From an uncultured delta proteobacterium (GTDB taxonomy: Bacteria > Desulfobacterota > Binatia > UBA9968), in NCBI GenBank assembly GCA_963847445.1, contig CAWJZV010000033.1:1-64000 (forward strand): DNA of 64,000 nucleotides. The letters are read 5' to 3'. Positions 42,859-54,751 of this stretch are shown here, piece after piece (the stretch's first letter is position 1; each line of letters starts with the position of its first letter). The position numbers and the translations under genes are program-made. The notes beneath the pieces are model-generated. The model searched no databases and had not been told where the DNA came from. It saw only the letters and a program-made list of their open reading frames with translations.

Positions 42859-43473
42859 CTACTTCTTCGCCGCGCCCCAAACTTCTTCCAGCCGCTGCGC
42901 CCGGCCGCAGCCATGGGAATAGAGTTTGTAGCGCACCGGATTTTTCTTGTAGTAGTCCTGGTGATAATCCTCGGCCGGGTAAAAAACCGTCGCGGCGGTG
43001 ATTTCGGTCGCCACCGGCTGCTTGAAGCGGGCTTGAATCGACTTCTTCGATTTCTCGGCGGCGCTTTTTTGATTGCCATCGTGATAAAAAATTCCCGAGC
43101 GGTACTGGCTGCCGAGATCGCAGAACTGGCCGTTGGCGGCGAGCGGATCGATGTTGCGCCAAAACACCTCTAACAACTTATCGTAGGTAATCTTTTTCGG
43201 ATCGTAGACGACCTGCAAGGCTTCGGTATGGCCGGTGGTCCCGGTGCTGACTTGCTCGTAGGTCGGGTTCTTGGTCTTGCCGGAGATATAGCCGGAAGTC
43301 GTCGAGATCACGCCGTCGAGTTCGTCGAAGGGCGGCTCCATGCACCAGAAGCAGCCGCCGGCAAAGGTCGCCTTGGCGGTTTGCGCGCTGCCAGGCGCTG
43401 GCGCGGCGAATAGCAGCAGCGCGGCGAGCCCGCAAGACTGTACCAACCTAATGAATATTTGCCGAGTTCTCAT
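42859..43473 (-). CDS. msrA: Peptide methionine sulfoxide reductase with signal peptide
   Basis: GGCFWC, GHTE, QYRSGIF, AEDYHQDYY; GGAGG RBS. Confidence 0.96.
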   Translation of the reverse strand: MRTRQIFIRLVQSCGLAALLLFAAPAPGSAQTAKATFAGGCFWCMEPPFDELDGVISTTSGYISGKTKNPTYEQVSTGTTGHTEALQVVYDPKKITYDKLLEVFWRNIDPLAANGQFCDLGSQYRSGIFYHDGNQKSAAEKSKKSIQARFKQPVATEITAATVFYPAEDYHQDYYKKNPVRYKLYSHGCGRAQRLEEVWGAAKK

Positions 43474-43716
43474 GGCACCTCCGATAAAATTAGTTTTCAA
43501 GGCACAACATATCCCGGGCACAGTCGCTCGCAAGAGCGCGGGTCATTCTTGCAAGCCATAACCGCCAAACCCCGCGGCAAGTTCCCGATGGCCATGGATA
43601 ACTTGCCGGGCCAGGCAAAAGGTCATATACCACAACTTGGCAGGTCACGAAGGTTTTAACGTTATCCGACTGCCGATTCTACGGCGCGATCGGCCAATAA
43701 ATTTTTGGAGATTTTC

Positions 43717-44803
43717 ATGCGTGTGATTGACTGCGATGCCCATGTCGAAGAGAGCGTCGAAACTTGGCAGTATCTCGATCCGGAGTTCTATCTGCTCCGG
43801 CCGATCCCGGTGGTTTTCCCCGAAGATACCTGTTTCGGCACCCACAATGCTGCATGGGTGATCGATTATAAGCTGCGTTTCTTCGCCTCCAATCCGACCT
43901 CGATGAAACGCGCCCATGACAAAGACACGTCGATTCCGGTGCAAGAGCTGCGCGATGTCAAACAGCGCATCGCCTGTATGGATGAACTTAGCCATCGACA
44001 CCCAGGTGGTGTTCCCATCATCTGGCTCGGTTGTCTCGCCGAGAACGTCGAGCTCGAAGCGGCTCTGGCGCGCAGCTACAATCAATTCATGGCGACGCAA
44101 TGCAACTCAGTCCGGCGGCCGCATCTGGTATGTCGCCATCGTGCCCTGGCGCCGGCCCGATCTCGCCGTCCAGGAAATCCGCCGCGTCAAAGCTTTGGGC
44201 TCCGCCGCCGGCATCTTCGCCCGCGGTCTCGAATGGGACCGGCCGTTGACCCACCCGGATCATTGGCCGATCTACCAGGAGGCCGAGCGCCAGGATCTGC
44301 CGGTCACGGTGCATACCGGCAATGGTTCGAGCCCGACCATCAGCCGTATGCTCGAAGGCGTGCCGCGGCCTTATTACGATGAATTTCCGCAAATCCACCC
44401 GCTCGGCCGCGGCATCGTCAGCAATCCCTATGTGCTCTATGGCTTCACGCAGATCTTCAGCTCGACGCTGCTCGACGACTTCCCCAAACTGCGCGTCGCC
44501 TTTCTCGAAGCCGGTATCGAGTGGACCCCCCGCTTGGTCAAAGGACTAGGCGAGAAGCGCCGGGCCAAGGTCGATCGCTGGTTGGCCGAACAGGTATTCG
44601 TGTCTTGCGCCATCGATGACGATCTGCCCTATGTCGCGAGCAAGCTCGGCGATGACTTCATCGTCACCGCCACCGACTTTCCCCATGGCGACGCTTTTCG
44701 GCAAGACCAATTGGCCCAGGGGTTGATAAAACGGGGCGATCTCAGCAGCACAACCATCGAGAAAATCCTCAACAAAAACCCTGATCGGCTGTATCATCTC
44801 TAA
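43717..44803 (+). CDS. Amidohydrolase family 2 protein (frameshifts 43990-44110)
   Basis: IDCDAH, VHTG, FLEAG, TDFPH. Confidence 0.87.
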
Positions 44804-44905
44804 CCGAAGGCACGGACAATCGCTGAATCCGGAAGCGACTCTTGGGAAGAAAGTGGCGTGCATCGCAGCATTCGCGTCTGCCATCATAAAAATTTCCTGA
44901 ATTTA

Positions 44906-44934
44906 TTGAAGTGCGCCCTCTCTCATGGTATATT
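44906..44934 (+). promoter_or_regulatory. Sigma70-like promoter for the desaturase operon
   Basis: TTGAAG-N17-TATATT with extended TG. Confidence 0.55.
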
Positions 44935-44996
44935 CTCGGGATTAATGAAGCACTCATTCCTTCGAACTGCGACCGCCTCAGTGGTCCAATGGTTCA

Positions 44997-46033
44997 ATGC
45001 TGACTTCCATGCCACCGGCCAAGGTTAGCAGAGTCCAAGGATGTCGACCGGATCAATTGGGTACGCAGCATTCCGTTCATCATCATGCACTTGGTTGTCT
45101 CGGCGTTTTTCTGGTCGGCTGGAGCTGGACCGCGGTGGCTACCGCGGCGGCGCTTTACTTCGTGCGCATGTTCGCGATCACCGGCATTTACCATCGTTAT
45201 TTTTCCCATCGCACCTTCAAGACCTCGCGGCCGGCGCAATTTATCTTTCGCCCTCTTGGGCGCGTCGGCGACCCAGCGGGGCCGCTTTGGTGGGCCGCCA
45301 ATCATCGAGAACATCATCGCAATTCCGATACGCCCGACGACCCCCATTCGCCGGTGCACTACGGTTTCTTTCGCTCCCTCATGCGGCTGGTTCATGTGCA
45401 ACCGTTTTTACGCCACCCAGTACAATCGCATCCAAGACTTTGCCCGCTTCCCTGAGCTCGTCTGGCTCAATCGCTTACGACAAGGCCGTGCCGCTCTCTT
45501 TGGCGTCGTTGCTTTACTTATCGGCCTCGGCCTGAGATAACGCGCCGTCCCTTGGCGTCACCGGCCTGCAACTCTTCGTTTGGGGTTTCGTCATCAGCAC
45601 CACGGTGTTGTTTCAGGCACCGCCACGATCAATTCGCTGTCGCATATTTACGGCAAGCAAGCGCTATGACACCGGCGACGAAAGCAGAAATAACTTTTGG
45701 CTGGCGCTGATTACCCTCGGTGAAGGCTGGCACAACAACCATCACCAACATATGGGTTGCGTCCGCCAGGGCTTCTATTGGTGGGAAATCGACGTTACCT
45801 ACTATATTCTCAAGTCGTTGTCGTGGTTCGGCATCATCTGGGATTTGAAACCGGTGCCGGTCAAAGCCTACGATCGCAACGAACAGCTGCCGGTCAAGAA
45901 AATGACATCGGCGCTAGCCGAACCGCTGCTTCCCCGGCCAAATCCACTACCACGGCGAAGTTCTCATCGCCGCCATCCGTTAGTCGAATTGCGGCCGGCA
46001 AAGTCACTTGCGCTTTGTCGCCGAGATCGCTAG
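44997..46033 (+). CDS. Delta-9 acyl-CoA/acyl-lipid desaturase (many frameshifts; 3' end uncertain)
   Basis: His boxes HRYFSH, HREHH, GEGWHNNHH; WWEIDVTY. Confidence 0.87.
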
Positions 46034-46058
46034 CATCGGCGACAAGCTTCGCTAGCAT

Positions 46059-46576
46059 ATGCCACCCATACCCGATATTTTCAGTAAGGTCGTTCTGTTC
46101 CAAGACCTCGAAGCCGATTCCTTAGCCACTCTTGCGCCCTTGCTGATCGCCAGGAAGTTCACTGCCGGCACAGTGATTTTTCGCGAACTGGACGACTCCG
46201 ATGCGCTCTATATCGTCGATCAAGGCACGGTCGTCGTCAGCAAACATGTCAGCGACGATGTCGACATGGTGCTGACGCGCTTTCACGCGCGGCGACTTCT
46301 TTGGCGAGATGGGATTGTTCGACAACGCGCCGCGCTCGGCCACCGCCAATGTCGAAACCGACTCGCTCCTGTGGCGCCTCGACCGCGGCGTTTTTCACGA
46401 TATTTTTTCGCATCATCCCGGAGATGGCCGCGAAGATTTGCTACCGGCTGGTGACGATTTTTATCGAACGGCTGCGCGTCACCAACGAGCAGACCCGCGA
46501 CGCCATCCGCTGGGGTTTGGAAGCCACCGGCTATGCCTCCGGCAGCCAATCGCTGTTCGGTCGCAAGTCGACGTAA
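46059..46576 (+). CDS. Stand-alone cyclic-nucleotide-binding domain protein (two frameshifts)
   Basis: VIFRE, LYIVDQG, GDFFGEMGLFDNAPRSATA across frames; no HTH. Confidence 0.82.
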
Positions 46577-46584
46577 CCGCGATC

Positions 46585-47811
46585 ATGGCCGAACCGGCGA
46601 AACTCCAACTGCTCACGCGCAAACCTGGCGAAGCGGGCTTTCAGCTCCACGAGATCCACAGCAGCCAAGCCCATCTCGGTTACCGGCCACGGCGCATCGC
46701 CGAGGAGTTCTGGGCGATCACCGCGCAACCCCGGAGCGCCGACGGCGGCCGCGCCTACGTGCTCAAAAATCTCCAACGCGACCGCTACCTGTTACTCGAC
46801 AGTAAGGAGTTCTTTCTCTGGGACCGCTTCGACGGCAGTCTCTCCCTCGAAGAAATCGCGCGATCGTATCATCACAGCTTCGGCGCCTTCGACTACGCCA
46901 TCATCCGCCAATTTCTGGCTAAGCTCTACCAGGCCGGCTTGCTCATCGAACGGGAAAACTTAGCGCTGCAACAAAGTCTAGTCCGTAGCCAGAGCGAAAT
47001 TTTGGGCGATGGGATTTAGTTCCGCGGCAAAATACTGGCGCAGAATATCCTTCACCGTGGCCAACGCCGACCGGCTTTGTGCCGGGATTTACCGCTACGG
47101 CGGCTTTCTCCTGTTCCACCCGCTCACGCCTCGGCCTGACAATTCTTCTCGCAATCCTGGCTGGCATCGCGGCGCTTGCGCTTGAGCCCCCAGGCCAAGC
47201 AGTTCACCCAACTGCTCGCCGCCACGCCATGGCTCAGCGGCGCGATCATGTTGGCCTCACTGTTGGCGGTGTCGATGATGCACGTGACGGTGCACGCTCT
47301 GGCGTGCAAAGCCTACGGCCGGCGCGTCCGTGAGATCGGTTTCTTTCTGCTGCAAGGAGTCTTGCCGACGTTTTACGCCGATGTCACCGATATCTTCATG
47401 TCGACACGGCGGGCGCGGGTGATCGTCGATCTCGCCGGCCCGTTGGTCGAACTGTTTTGGGGCAGCGTGGCTTTTCTCGTGGCGTATCAAGTCCAGCCCG
47501 GTGTCGGCCAAGCGTTCTTGTTCGGCATCGGCGTCGTGCTCTGGGAAGGCGCGCTGATTAATCTCTATCCGTTTAGTTTCCTCGAATTGGACGGCTACAA
47601 CATCGTCGCCGATCTGTTGGCGATGCCGACCCTGCGCCAGCAAGCCTTGGCGCTGGCACCGCAACTGCACCGACGCTTGCTACGACCCAACACACTAACT
47701 AAAGCGGAATGGATTCAAATCGCCTATCTGCTGCTCTGCTTGGTCTCCGTAGTGATTTACCTGATCGCCCACCTCGACTTTGTGCGCGGCTTGCTGCCCA
47801 GTTGGAAGTGA
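46585..47811 (+). CDS. M50/site-2-protease-like membrane protein with N-terminal PqqD/RRE-like domain (frameshifted)
   Basis: FLWDRFDGSLSLEEI...LYQAGLL; HVTVH, FYADVTD, LAGP, NLYPF..LDGY. Confidence 0.78.
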
Positions 47812-47828
47812 ACGACCGTGTCTTGAAC

Positions 47829-48883
47829 CTATCCCTGCCTTCGCCCCAGATCCCTCAACCCGCGCTCCCACTTGTCCAGCTCTTTTTCCAACTGTTGAAT
47901 CGACATGCCCTTTTCCGCATACCAGCGTTTAAAGCCATACTCCTTCGCCGGGCTGCCGTAGTCATAGGCTTCGAGTATTTTCTGGCCATCCGGACTAAAG
48001 AGAAAATCGACAAATAATGCGGCCGCGTGGGGATGGGGCGCTTGCGATGACAGCGCGGCGCTGCCGGCGCTGGCCGGCACGATATCCATCGGCACCCACA
48101 CCACCGGCGCTTTTTTTTGCGCCGCCACCAGGGCGTGGTTGCGAAAGATCGTCGGCGACGCTTCGACTTCGCCGGTGATGATGAAGTCGTTCATCGCCTG
48201 GCCGGACACCGAGTGCATGGTGATGTCTTGGCCGCGCAGCCGTTTGAGATATTCCTCGCCCTTGGCGAGCAGCATGCCGCCCACCGTGCGCGATCCGGTG
48301 TCGGTGGTGACGAACGACATCCGCCCCTTGAGCGCCGGTTTCAACAAATCGTCGTAGTTTTTCGGCACCGCGCTCGCCGGCAGCTTGTTCTTGTTGTAAG
48401 CGAAGCCCATGTAGGATTCGCGCACCGTCCCCCAATACACCGCGCCCTTGCCCGCCTCTTCCCGCGCGTCAGGAATGAGTCGGGCGATATGCGGGTTGGT
48501 AAACGGCTGAATCAGTTTGAGCGCCTGCATCAACATGAGCAGCGGCAACGAGCTTTCCGCCACATCCATCAAGTAGCGTTTCGCCTGCGCCTCGGCAAGA
48601 AATTTGGAAATCAAATCCTTGCTCGTGCCCCGGTAGGATTCCACCTGCACGCCGTATTTCACCTCGAACGCCTTGGCCAGCTCACGATAGGAGTTGCCCG
48701 CCAACGCCGTGTACCAAATGATCTTGCCTTCCTTTTTCGCCCCAGCGGCAAGCATCTGCTCGCGGTCGGGGCCAGTGTACATTGCCAGTTCGGCGATGGT
48801 GGCGGGTTTGGCGGTCTGCGCCGCCAGCCTGAGCGGCAGCAGCAGAAAGTAAACCGATCACTATGATAATCAGAATTTCGCAC
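47829..48883 (-). CDS. Fe3+-type ABC substrate-binding protein (frameshift near 48815)
   Basis: GAKKEGKIIWYT; APHPHAAALFVDFL. Confidence 0.87.
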
Positions 48884-48908
48884 GGTAATCCTCCGTCAAG
48901 CCTTTCAT

Positions 48909-49484
48909 TCATTGACGCCAAGCGTAATCCGTTTCCGGTTTCAACGCCGCCGGATTCTCCCGGTCAAATTCCCAATGCATAGGATTGTCGAGAATATACT
49001 GGCGAATGCGATTCAAGGAATCTTCGTTACGGATGACATGTTCGAAGTAGTTGCGCTGCCATATCGGTTCGCCCGGCGAGCCCCGCGCAGTTCATTGATA
49101 TGTTTAGTGGCCGCAGCTTTGAACGATCGAACAATCGCACCAAAGATGCCGCCCTGGATTGGCGATCTCGGATCCTGTAGGGGCGACCGGCCGGTGCCCT
49201 CCCCTACCCGTCGGCAATCACGAAACACCGTGAACATGATTCGGCATTACAACAAAGGCATCCAGTTCGATTTCTTTGCGTAATGCTCCGTGCTGACATT
49301 CCCCGCATTCATCTTGAACTGTTCGGCCCCAATCGTTTGATCGCATTTCCCCGTCAACAATGTCTCCGAACAAACAGCTTCGATCTTTCGTGACAATCGT
49401 TATAAAATACGCACCGGCCTGGCGTAGTCATAGTTCTTGCAATCGAATCGAACGACGATGCGTGATTCGGGACGATTCGTTCAT
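48909..49484 (-). mobile_element. REP-associated tyrosine transposase (RAYT, HUH/Y1), frameshifted
   Basis: RRSIRL, YFITIVT, FVVMPNHVHG, IVRSFK, WQRNYFEHVIRNE, YILDNP read across frames; REPs at 49177-49207 (internal) and 49499-49523. Confidence 0.9.
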
Positions 49485-49498
49485 CAGCATTTAGAAGA

Positions 49499-49523
49499 GG
49501 GCGACCGTCGGTCGCCCCTACAT
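49499..49523. repeat. REP hairpin adjacent to RAYT
   Basis: gggcgaccgtcggtcgcccctaca. Confidence 0.88.
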
Positions 49524-49568
49524 ACGGATGAAAACTCCGCATGATCGGCAGCTACACCCACTTACCGC

Positions 49569-50520
49569 TCACACCCCCGGCAACGCCGCCGCGTCGGGAT
49601 GAAAAAACGTCTTGTAGTCGATGCGCGTCGGCGTCAGACCTTGCTCATGGGCATACTGGGTCATCGCTTCCAACTCGCGCACGTTGTTCGGCACGTTGTA
49701 GGCCCAATAGTCGTCACCCATCAGTTCGCGTTGCTCGGCGACGGCAGCGGCGATCCAGGAATAGGCGATCACTTGCGGGTCGGGGCCGACGAGACGATCG
49801 AAGGCGACGTCACGCGACTTGCGGAAAGCCTTGAGCAGCGCCACCGGCGCGTTGGGATGTTTATCGACGAAGGCTTGTTTCAAGGTCACGATATGGCTGG
49901 TCGGGAATATTTTCGTCTGGCGGTAATACTCCTGCTCCTCCTTGCGGAAGTCGCGAAACAGCCGGCGCATGCGCGGATCGCGCGCCGTGATCGACGGCAG
50001 CACGTTAGGTCCAATAACCGCGTCGATCTTGCCGTCGAGCAGCATGTTGTCGAGCAACAGATCCGGATCGTCGTTGGAATCGATCTGCTCGATGCGAATG
50101 CCCTCGGCCAGCGCCATCTTCTTCGCCCGCGGCGAGCACCAGTTGATCTTTTTCAAATCGACGCCGTAATAATGTTGCAGCGCGCCGCGCGCCCACACGC
50201 CGGCGGTGTTGTCCCATTGCATGATGCCGACGCGCCGGCCTTCCAGCCCCTTCGGCGATCTCGATGCCCGCTTTGCTGTTGACGTAAATGTACGCCAGCC
50301 GAAACTTGCGGTTGGGAAACGCCGGGATGGAAATATGCGCCTCGCCTTTCGCGTAGGCGCGCACCCGCGCGGCAAAGCCGCAGTCCCAGGCGTCGCATTC
50401 CTCTTCCGTCGGCACGAATTCCCAGTCAAAACCGTCGATCTTCACGGTGCCGTCGGTGATCGGAATATTGGTATCGATGGTCGGTTCGCGAAAATAAAAG
50501 CGCAGTTTTGGATTGGCCAT
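49569..50520 (-). CDS. 4,5-dihydroxyphthalate decarboxylase-like protein, periplasmic-binding fold (frameshift near 50260)
   Basis: DGTVKIDG, PAFPNRKFR, TAGVWARGAL, IFPTSHIV, YAHEQGL. Confidence 0.82.
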
Positions 50521-50594
50521 GGCAAACTCCTTATTAGATCGATTGCCGCAACATAGCCCGACAAACGGTTAGGGTTCAATCGCCGGGGGAAAGT

Positions 50595-50670
50595 TGGAGA
50601 GTGGAGTACTAGAGTATTGGGTTTCGGAATTTCCGGACCACCACTCCATTACTCCAACACTCCATCACTC
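50595..50670. repeat. TGGAGT/ACTCCA-family tandem-unit hairpin (relics at 5531, 9625, 11630)
   Basis: ggagagtggagtactagagtattgg ... ccactccattactccaacactcc. Confidence 0.85.
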
Positions 50671-50751
50671 GCATTTTCACTTGCTTGACACCCTTTGCCA
50701 AACTGCATAGTTAATTTAAGCACTAAGTACGCACGCGAAAGGACTCTCCCC

Positions 50752-51907
50752 ATGGCAAGGCAGTACAAATGCATTTCCGGCGACGGCCATATCGATTTGA
50801 ATCCCGACATCTGGCGCGACCGCGTTCAAGCGAAGTATCGCGAGCGCGCGCCGAAGCGAGTAAAAATGGCCAACGGTTCGGATGCCGTGGTCATCGACGG
50901 CGGTAAACCGAACACCATCGGCATTACCCGCAGCGTGCGCGTCGCCCATACGGATCTAGCCAAGCAAGTGCCGACGTTTGAAACTTGCGCGGGCACCGGG
51001 TCATCGCAGCAACGATTGGACGAGCAGGTGCAGGACGGCATCGATTGCGAGATTCTATTTTCCCAGATCACTTTCGTCCTGCGGCAAACCACCGGACGAC
51101 GATTTCTATCGCGACTGCATTCGCGCCTACAATGAATTTCTTGGCGAAGAATACAGCGCGCCGGCGCCCGACCGTTTGGTTTGCATGGGCACCCTGCCCA
51201 CCACCAGCGTCGGCGATGCCATCAAGGAAATGGAGCATTGCGCTAAGCTCGGCATGAAAGGCGTCAAGCTCGACCGTTATCCCAGCGGCAAGAGCTATCC
51301 TACCGCCGAAGACGACAAGTTTTGGGCCGCCGCCATCGACATGCGCATGGCGCTCACCAACCATAACAACGGCAACTTGGGTTCGGGCAAAGGCCAGCCC
51401 GACTATCTCTACGCCAAGGACCCCGGCCACGACGTGCACCAGAAAGATGCCTTCAAGTTTTTTACCCGCTTCACCAACGACGCCATGACCGCGCCTTTGC
51501 AGATGGCCTTTGCCGGCGTGTGGGATCGCTTTCCCAAACTCGAATTTTATTGGGCGGAAACTATGATCGGCTGGTTAGAGTACGGCCTGTGGCAGGTCGA
51601 CGACCATTACAAACGCTACATGGGCATGATCCACGACGCCTGGGGACTGCCGAAGTTGGAGCGCATGCCGAGCGAATACATCAAAGATCGCAACTACTGG
51701 GGCTTTCTGCGCGATCCGGTGGGCATTAAACGGCGCGATAGCATCGGTTACGACAAGCTCATGTGGGGCACCGACTTCGCCCACGCCGCCAGCGACTATC
51801 CCAACTCGCAAAAATACTTGGCAGAAGACTTTGCCGGCGTGCCGGAAAACGAGCTGCGCGCCATGTTGGTGGATAATTGTGTACGGTATTTTCACCTAAA
51901 CGATTGA
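50752..51907 (+). CDS. Amidohydrolase family 2 protein (frameshift near 51090)
   Basis: ISGDGH, AYNEF, AETMIGW, WGTDFAH. Confidence 0.9.
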
Positions 51908-52023
51908 GCGATACCCGACTGGAACAATTGGAACCCTTGGAACTTCTGGAACGCGTTCCAATTGTTCCAGCGGTTCCAATCGTTCCAATAGGCTTTAAAA
52001 GCCCAGCGAAGCTAGGAGATAAA

Positions 52024-53048
52024 ATGAGTGACGTCGGCACGACTCACGAAGACCTCGAACGATTCTTAGGCGATCATTATTTAGTCGGCGCCGGGACTGA
52101 AACGCGACAAGCGGGTAACGCCACGCGCGGGCAAGACCGCGGCGCATTGGAAATGGGACGGCATTTACCGCGGTCTTCAACGTTCCGGCGAGATCGTCAC
52201 GGTCGGGCCCGAACGGCATGACCGGCATGCGCTCGGTGGTCGGCATCGAAGCGAAGAACTTCCCGATCTGGATGAACGCGCAAATTCTCATGCCCGGCGA
52301 GCGCACCCAATGCCACCGCAACCTGCGCAGTGAGACGCGGCTGGTCTGTGAAGCGCCCAAGGACGCGGTATTCGTCTGCGAGTACGAAGCCTACCCGATG
52401 GAGCGCGGCGATGTCGTCATCAGCCCGGCGTGGACCTACCACGATCACTGGAACAAAGATAAAACGCCGGCGATCTGGATCGACGGCTATGACAACGGCT
52501 ATAACCCGAACGTCAACATCAACGAGCGCTTCCCCAACGACAGTCCCTACGAAGAAGTGAAAAAGCCGGCGGGTTACGGCCAGCGCACCCTCGGCCTGGC
52601 GCGCCCCATCGCGAACGAAGCACCGTTTCCGCTGCCGCCCATGCGTTATCCCTGGGCCGACACCCATGCCGCCTTGATGGCGCTGCGTGAAAACAACGAG
52701 AGCGACCCCTACGACGGCGTGATGATCATGCTCGCCAGCCCGGTGGACGGCGGCCCGACGCTGCCGACCATCGCCTGGCAAGCGCAGCTGCTAGCGAAAA
52801 AACAAAAAACCATGGCGCACCGCCACAACAGCACCACCTTCTACTTCGCGTTTGAAGGCGCCGGCGCGGTGGTCATCGACGGCGAACGGTTGGAATACCA
52901 CAAAGGCGACATCTTCGCCGTGCCGGCTTGGACCTGGCACCATCACGAGAATACCAACGGCGACGATACGATTCTATTCTCCATCGACGACTGGCCGGCG
53001 ATGAAAAAGCTTGGCTTTTACATGAAAGAAGACGCCAAGGGATTTTGA
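52024..53048 (+). CDS. Gentisate 1,2-dioxygenase-like bicupin (frameshift near 52100)
   Basis: QILMPGE..CHRN, PAWTYHDHWN, MRYPW, HRHNST, PAWTWHHHEN. Confidence 0.85.
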
Positions 53049-53093
53049 TAGATTTGCTACAGCAGTCCAGGCGCGCACGACGTGAACATCCAT

Positions 53094-53500
53094 GTTCACC
53101 ACGAAGGACACGAAAAACACGAAGGTCTCGGAAACTATTTCTTCTCTTAACTGCGTGTCCTTCGTATTACATAAGTTAGAAATTCGTGCGGCTTGCGCAA
53201 ATTTTCTTAGCCCGGAACGTCTCGGATTCGGATATTCCTCGCGCCAAGGACGCCAAGGTCGGAAAGTGAAAGGCCAAGGCCGGTCATGCCGATGGGATGC
53301 GAGGGATATCGGAAAGATTTCTCCCTTCGGTCGAAATGACATATTTCCCTTACCTTTGCGCCCTTTGCGTGCTTTGCGCGAGCTGTTCCGAGTCTCGCTT
53401 GCGGCGCGCCGCGCCAGAACCTTCGTGGTGAACTGCGTCATTGTTTCTCGATCACGACCGCACCGCCTTCGTCGCGGGCGGGTTTTAAACCCGCCCGCCG
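53094..53500. repeat. Large nested repeat cluster
   Basis: CACCACGAAG arms enclose CGCCAAG/CTTTGCG arms, which enclose GTCAT..ATGAC (53283-53340); followed by gggcgggttttaaacccgccc. Confidence 0.88.
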
Positions 53501-53547
53501 AATCCCTCTAGAGTACTGCGTAACTTTCGTGTAAGAGAATCAGCACC

Positions 53548-54738
53548 ATGACGAGCGCCGCGCCAACATTAGCCGCCATGACAACGGCAGCAGCCGAGGA
53601 TGCTGCCAAGATCGCCGTCAGCCTGCGCGGCCTGTGGAAAACCTACACCGGCAGCAGCAAACCGGCGGTGCAAAACCTCTCCATCGACATTCGCGACGGC
53701 GAGATCCTCACCCTGCTCGGCCCCAGCGGCTGCGGCAAGACCACGACTTTGAGAATGGTCGCCGGTTTGGAACATCCCGACGCCGGCGATATTCTTTTCG
53801 GCGAGCAAGCCGTGGTCATGACCGCCAAACGGCTGTTCATGCCGCCGGACAAGCGCAACGTCGGCATGGTGTTTCAGTCCTACGCCATCTGGCCGCACAT
53901 GACGGTGGCCGAAAACGTCGCCTTTCCGCTCCACGCGCGCCACTTTCCCAAGAGCGAAATCAAAGGACGCGTGTTGAAAGCCCTCGACCTGGTCGGCTTG
54001 AGCGGTTTTGAAGATCGGCCGGGGCCGCTCCTGAGCGGCGGCCAGCAACAGCGCGTCGCCTTCGCCCGTGCCCTGGTCACTGAACCGCGCGTCCTGCTGC
54101 TCGACGAGCCGTTCAGCAACCTCGACGCGAAATTGCGCGAGCAGATGCGCATCGGCGTCAAACTGCTGCAAAAAAGATTGAACATCGCCATGCTGTTCGT
54201 CACCCACGATCAAATCGAAGCGCTGAGTTTATCCAATCGCATCGCGCTGATGAATTTCGGCGTGGTCCAGCAGCAAGGCGATCCCCGTTTACTCTATGAA
54301 AAGCCGGCCAATGAATTCGTCCGCGACTTCGTCGGCCGAACTTTGCTCTTCAAAGGCAAGGTGCAAAGCGGCAATCCGTCGGGACAATTGGCTATCGCTC
54401 TCGAAGGCGCGCCGGACTGTGTGGTCTTCGGCCGGACCTATAATCCCGCTGGCATCAAAACCGGCGCCGCCGTTTATATCGGGGTGCGCCCGGAAGACGT
54501 TGAGATACTACCCGCGAACGGGGCAACGCCGCCACCTGGGATGATCGGCGGCACCGCCCAAGCCGCGTTGTTTATCGGCGAGCGGATCGAGTATCAGGTC
54601 GAAGTCGCAGGCCAGGGCGAAATGTTAGTTTACGGCGAACGCCATCAACCCATCGATGAAGGCAATAAAGTCTGGCTCAAACTGCGCCCCGACGGCCACA
54701 GCGCATGGTCGTCGGACTGGTCGCTTAAAGAAGATTGA
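53548..54738 (+). CDS. ABC transporter ATP-binding protein (FbpC/PotA-like, TOBE domain)
   Basis: GPSGCGKTT, LSGGQQQR, LLLDEP. Confidence 0.95.
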   Translation: MTSAAPTLAAMTTAAAEDAAKIAVSLRGLWKTYTGSSKPAVQNLSIDIRDGEILTLLGPSGCGKTTTLRMVAGLEHPDAGDILFGEQAVVMTAKRLFMPPDKRNVGMVFQSYAIWPHMTVAENVAFPLHARHFPKSEIKGRVLKALDLVGLSGFEDRPGPLLSGGQQQRVAFARALVTEPRVLLLDEPFSNLDAKLREQMRIGVKLLQKRLNIAMLFVTHDQIEALSLSNRIALMNFGVVQQQGDPRLLYEKPANEFVRDFVGRTLLFKGKVQSGNPSGQLAIALEGAPDCVVFGRTYNPAGIKTGAAVYIGVRPEDVEILPANGATPPPGMIGGTAQAALFIGERIEYQVEVAGQGEMLVYGERHQPIDEGNKVWLKLRPDGHSAWSSDWSLKED

Positions 54739-54751
54739 AGGAAAGGATGTT

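Noticed and set aside
46585-47019. RiPP biosynthetic cluster based on the PqqD/RRE-like domain
   Set aside because: No precursor peptide, radical SAM, YcaO or exporter nearby; this domain is common on such M50-like proteins.
52974-53511. ORFs 52974-53441 and 53092-53511 (also 5578-5855, 15208-15474, 33585-33847)
   Set aside because: Translations of palindromic repeat clusters.
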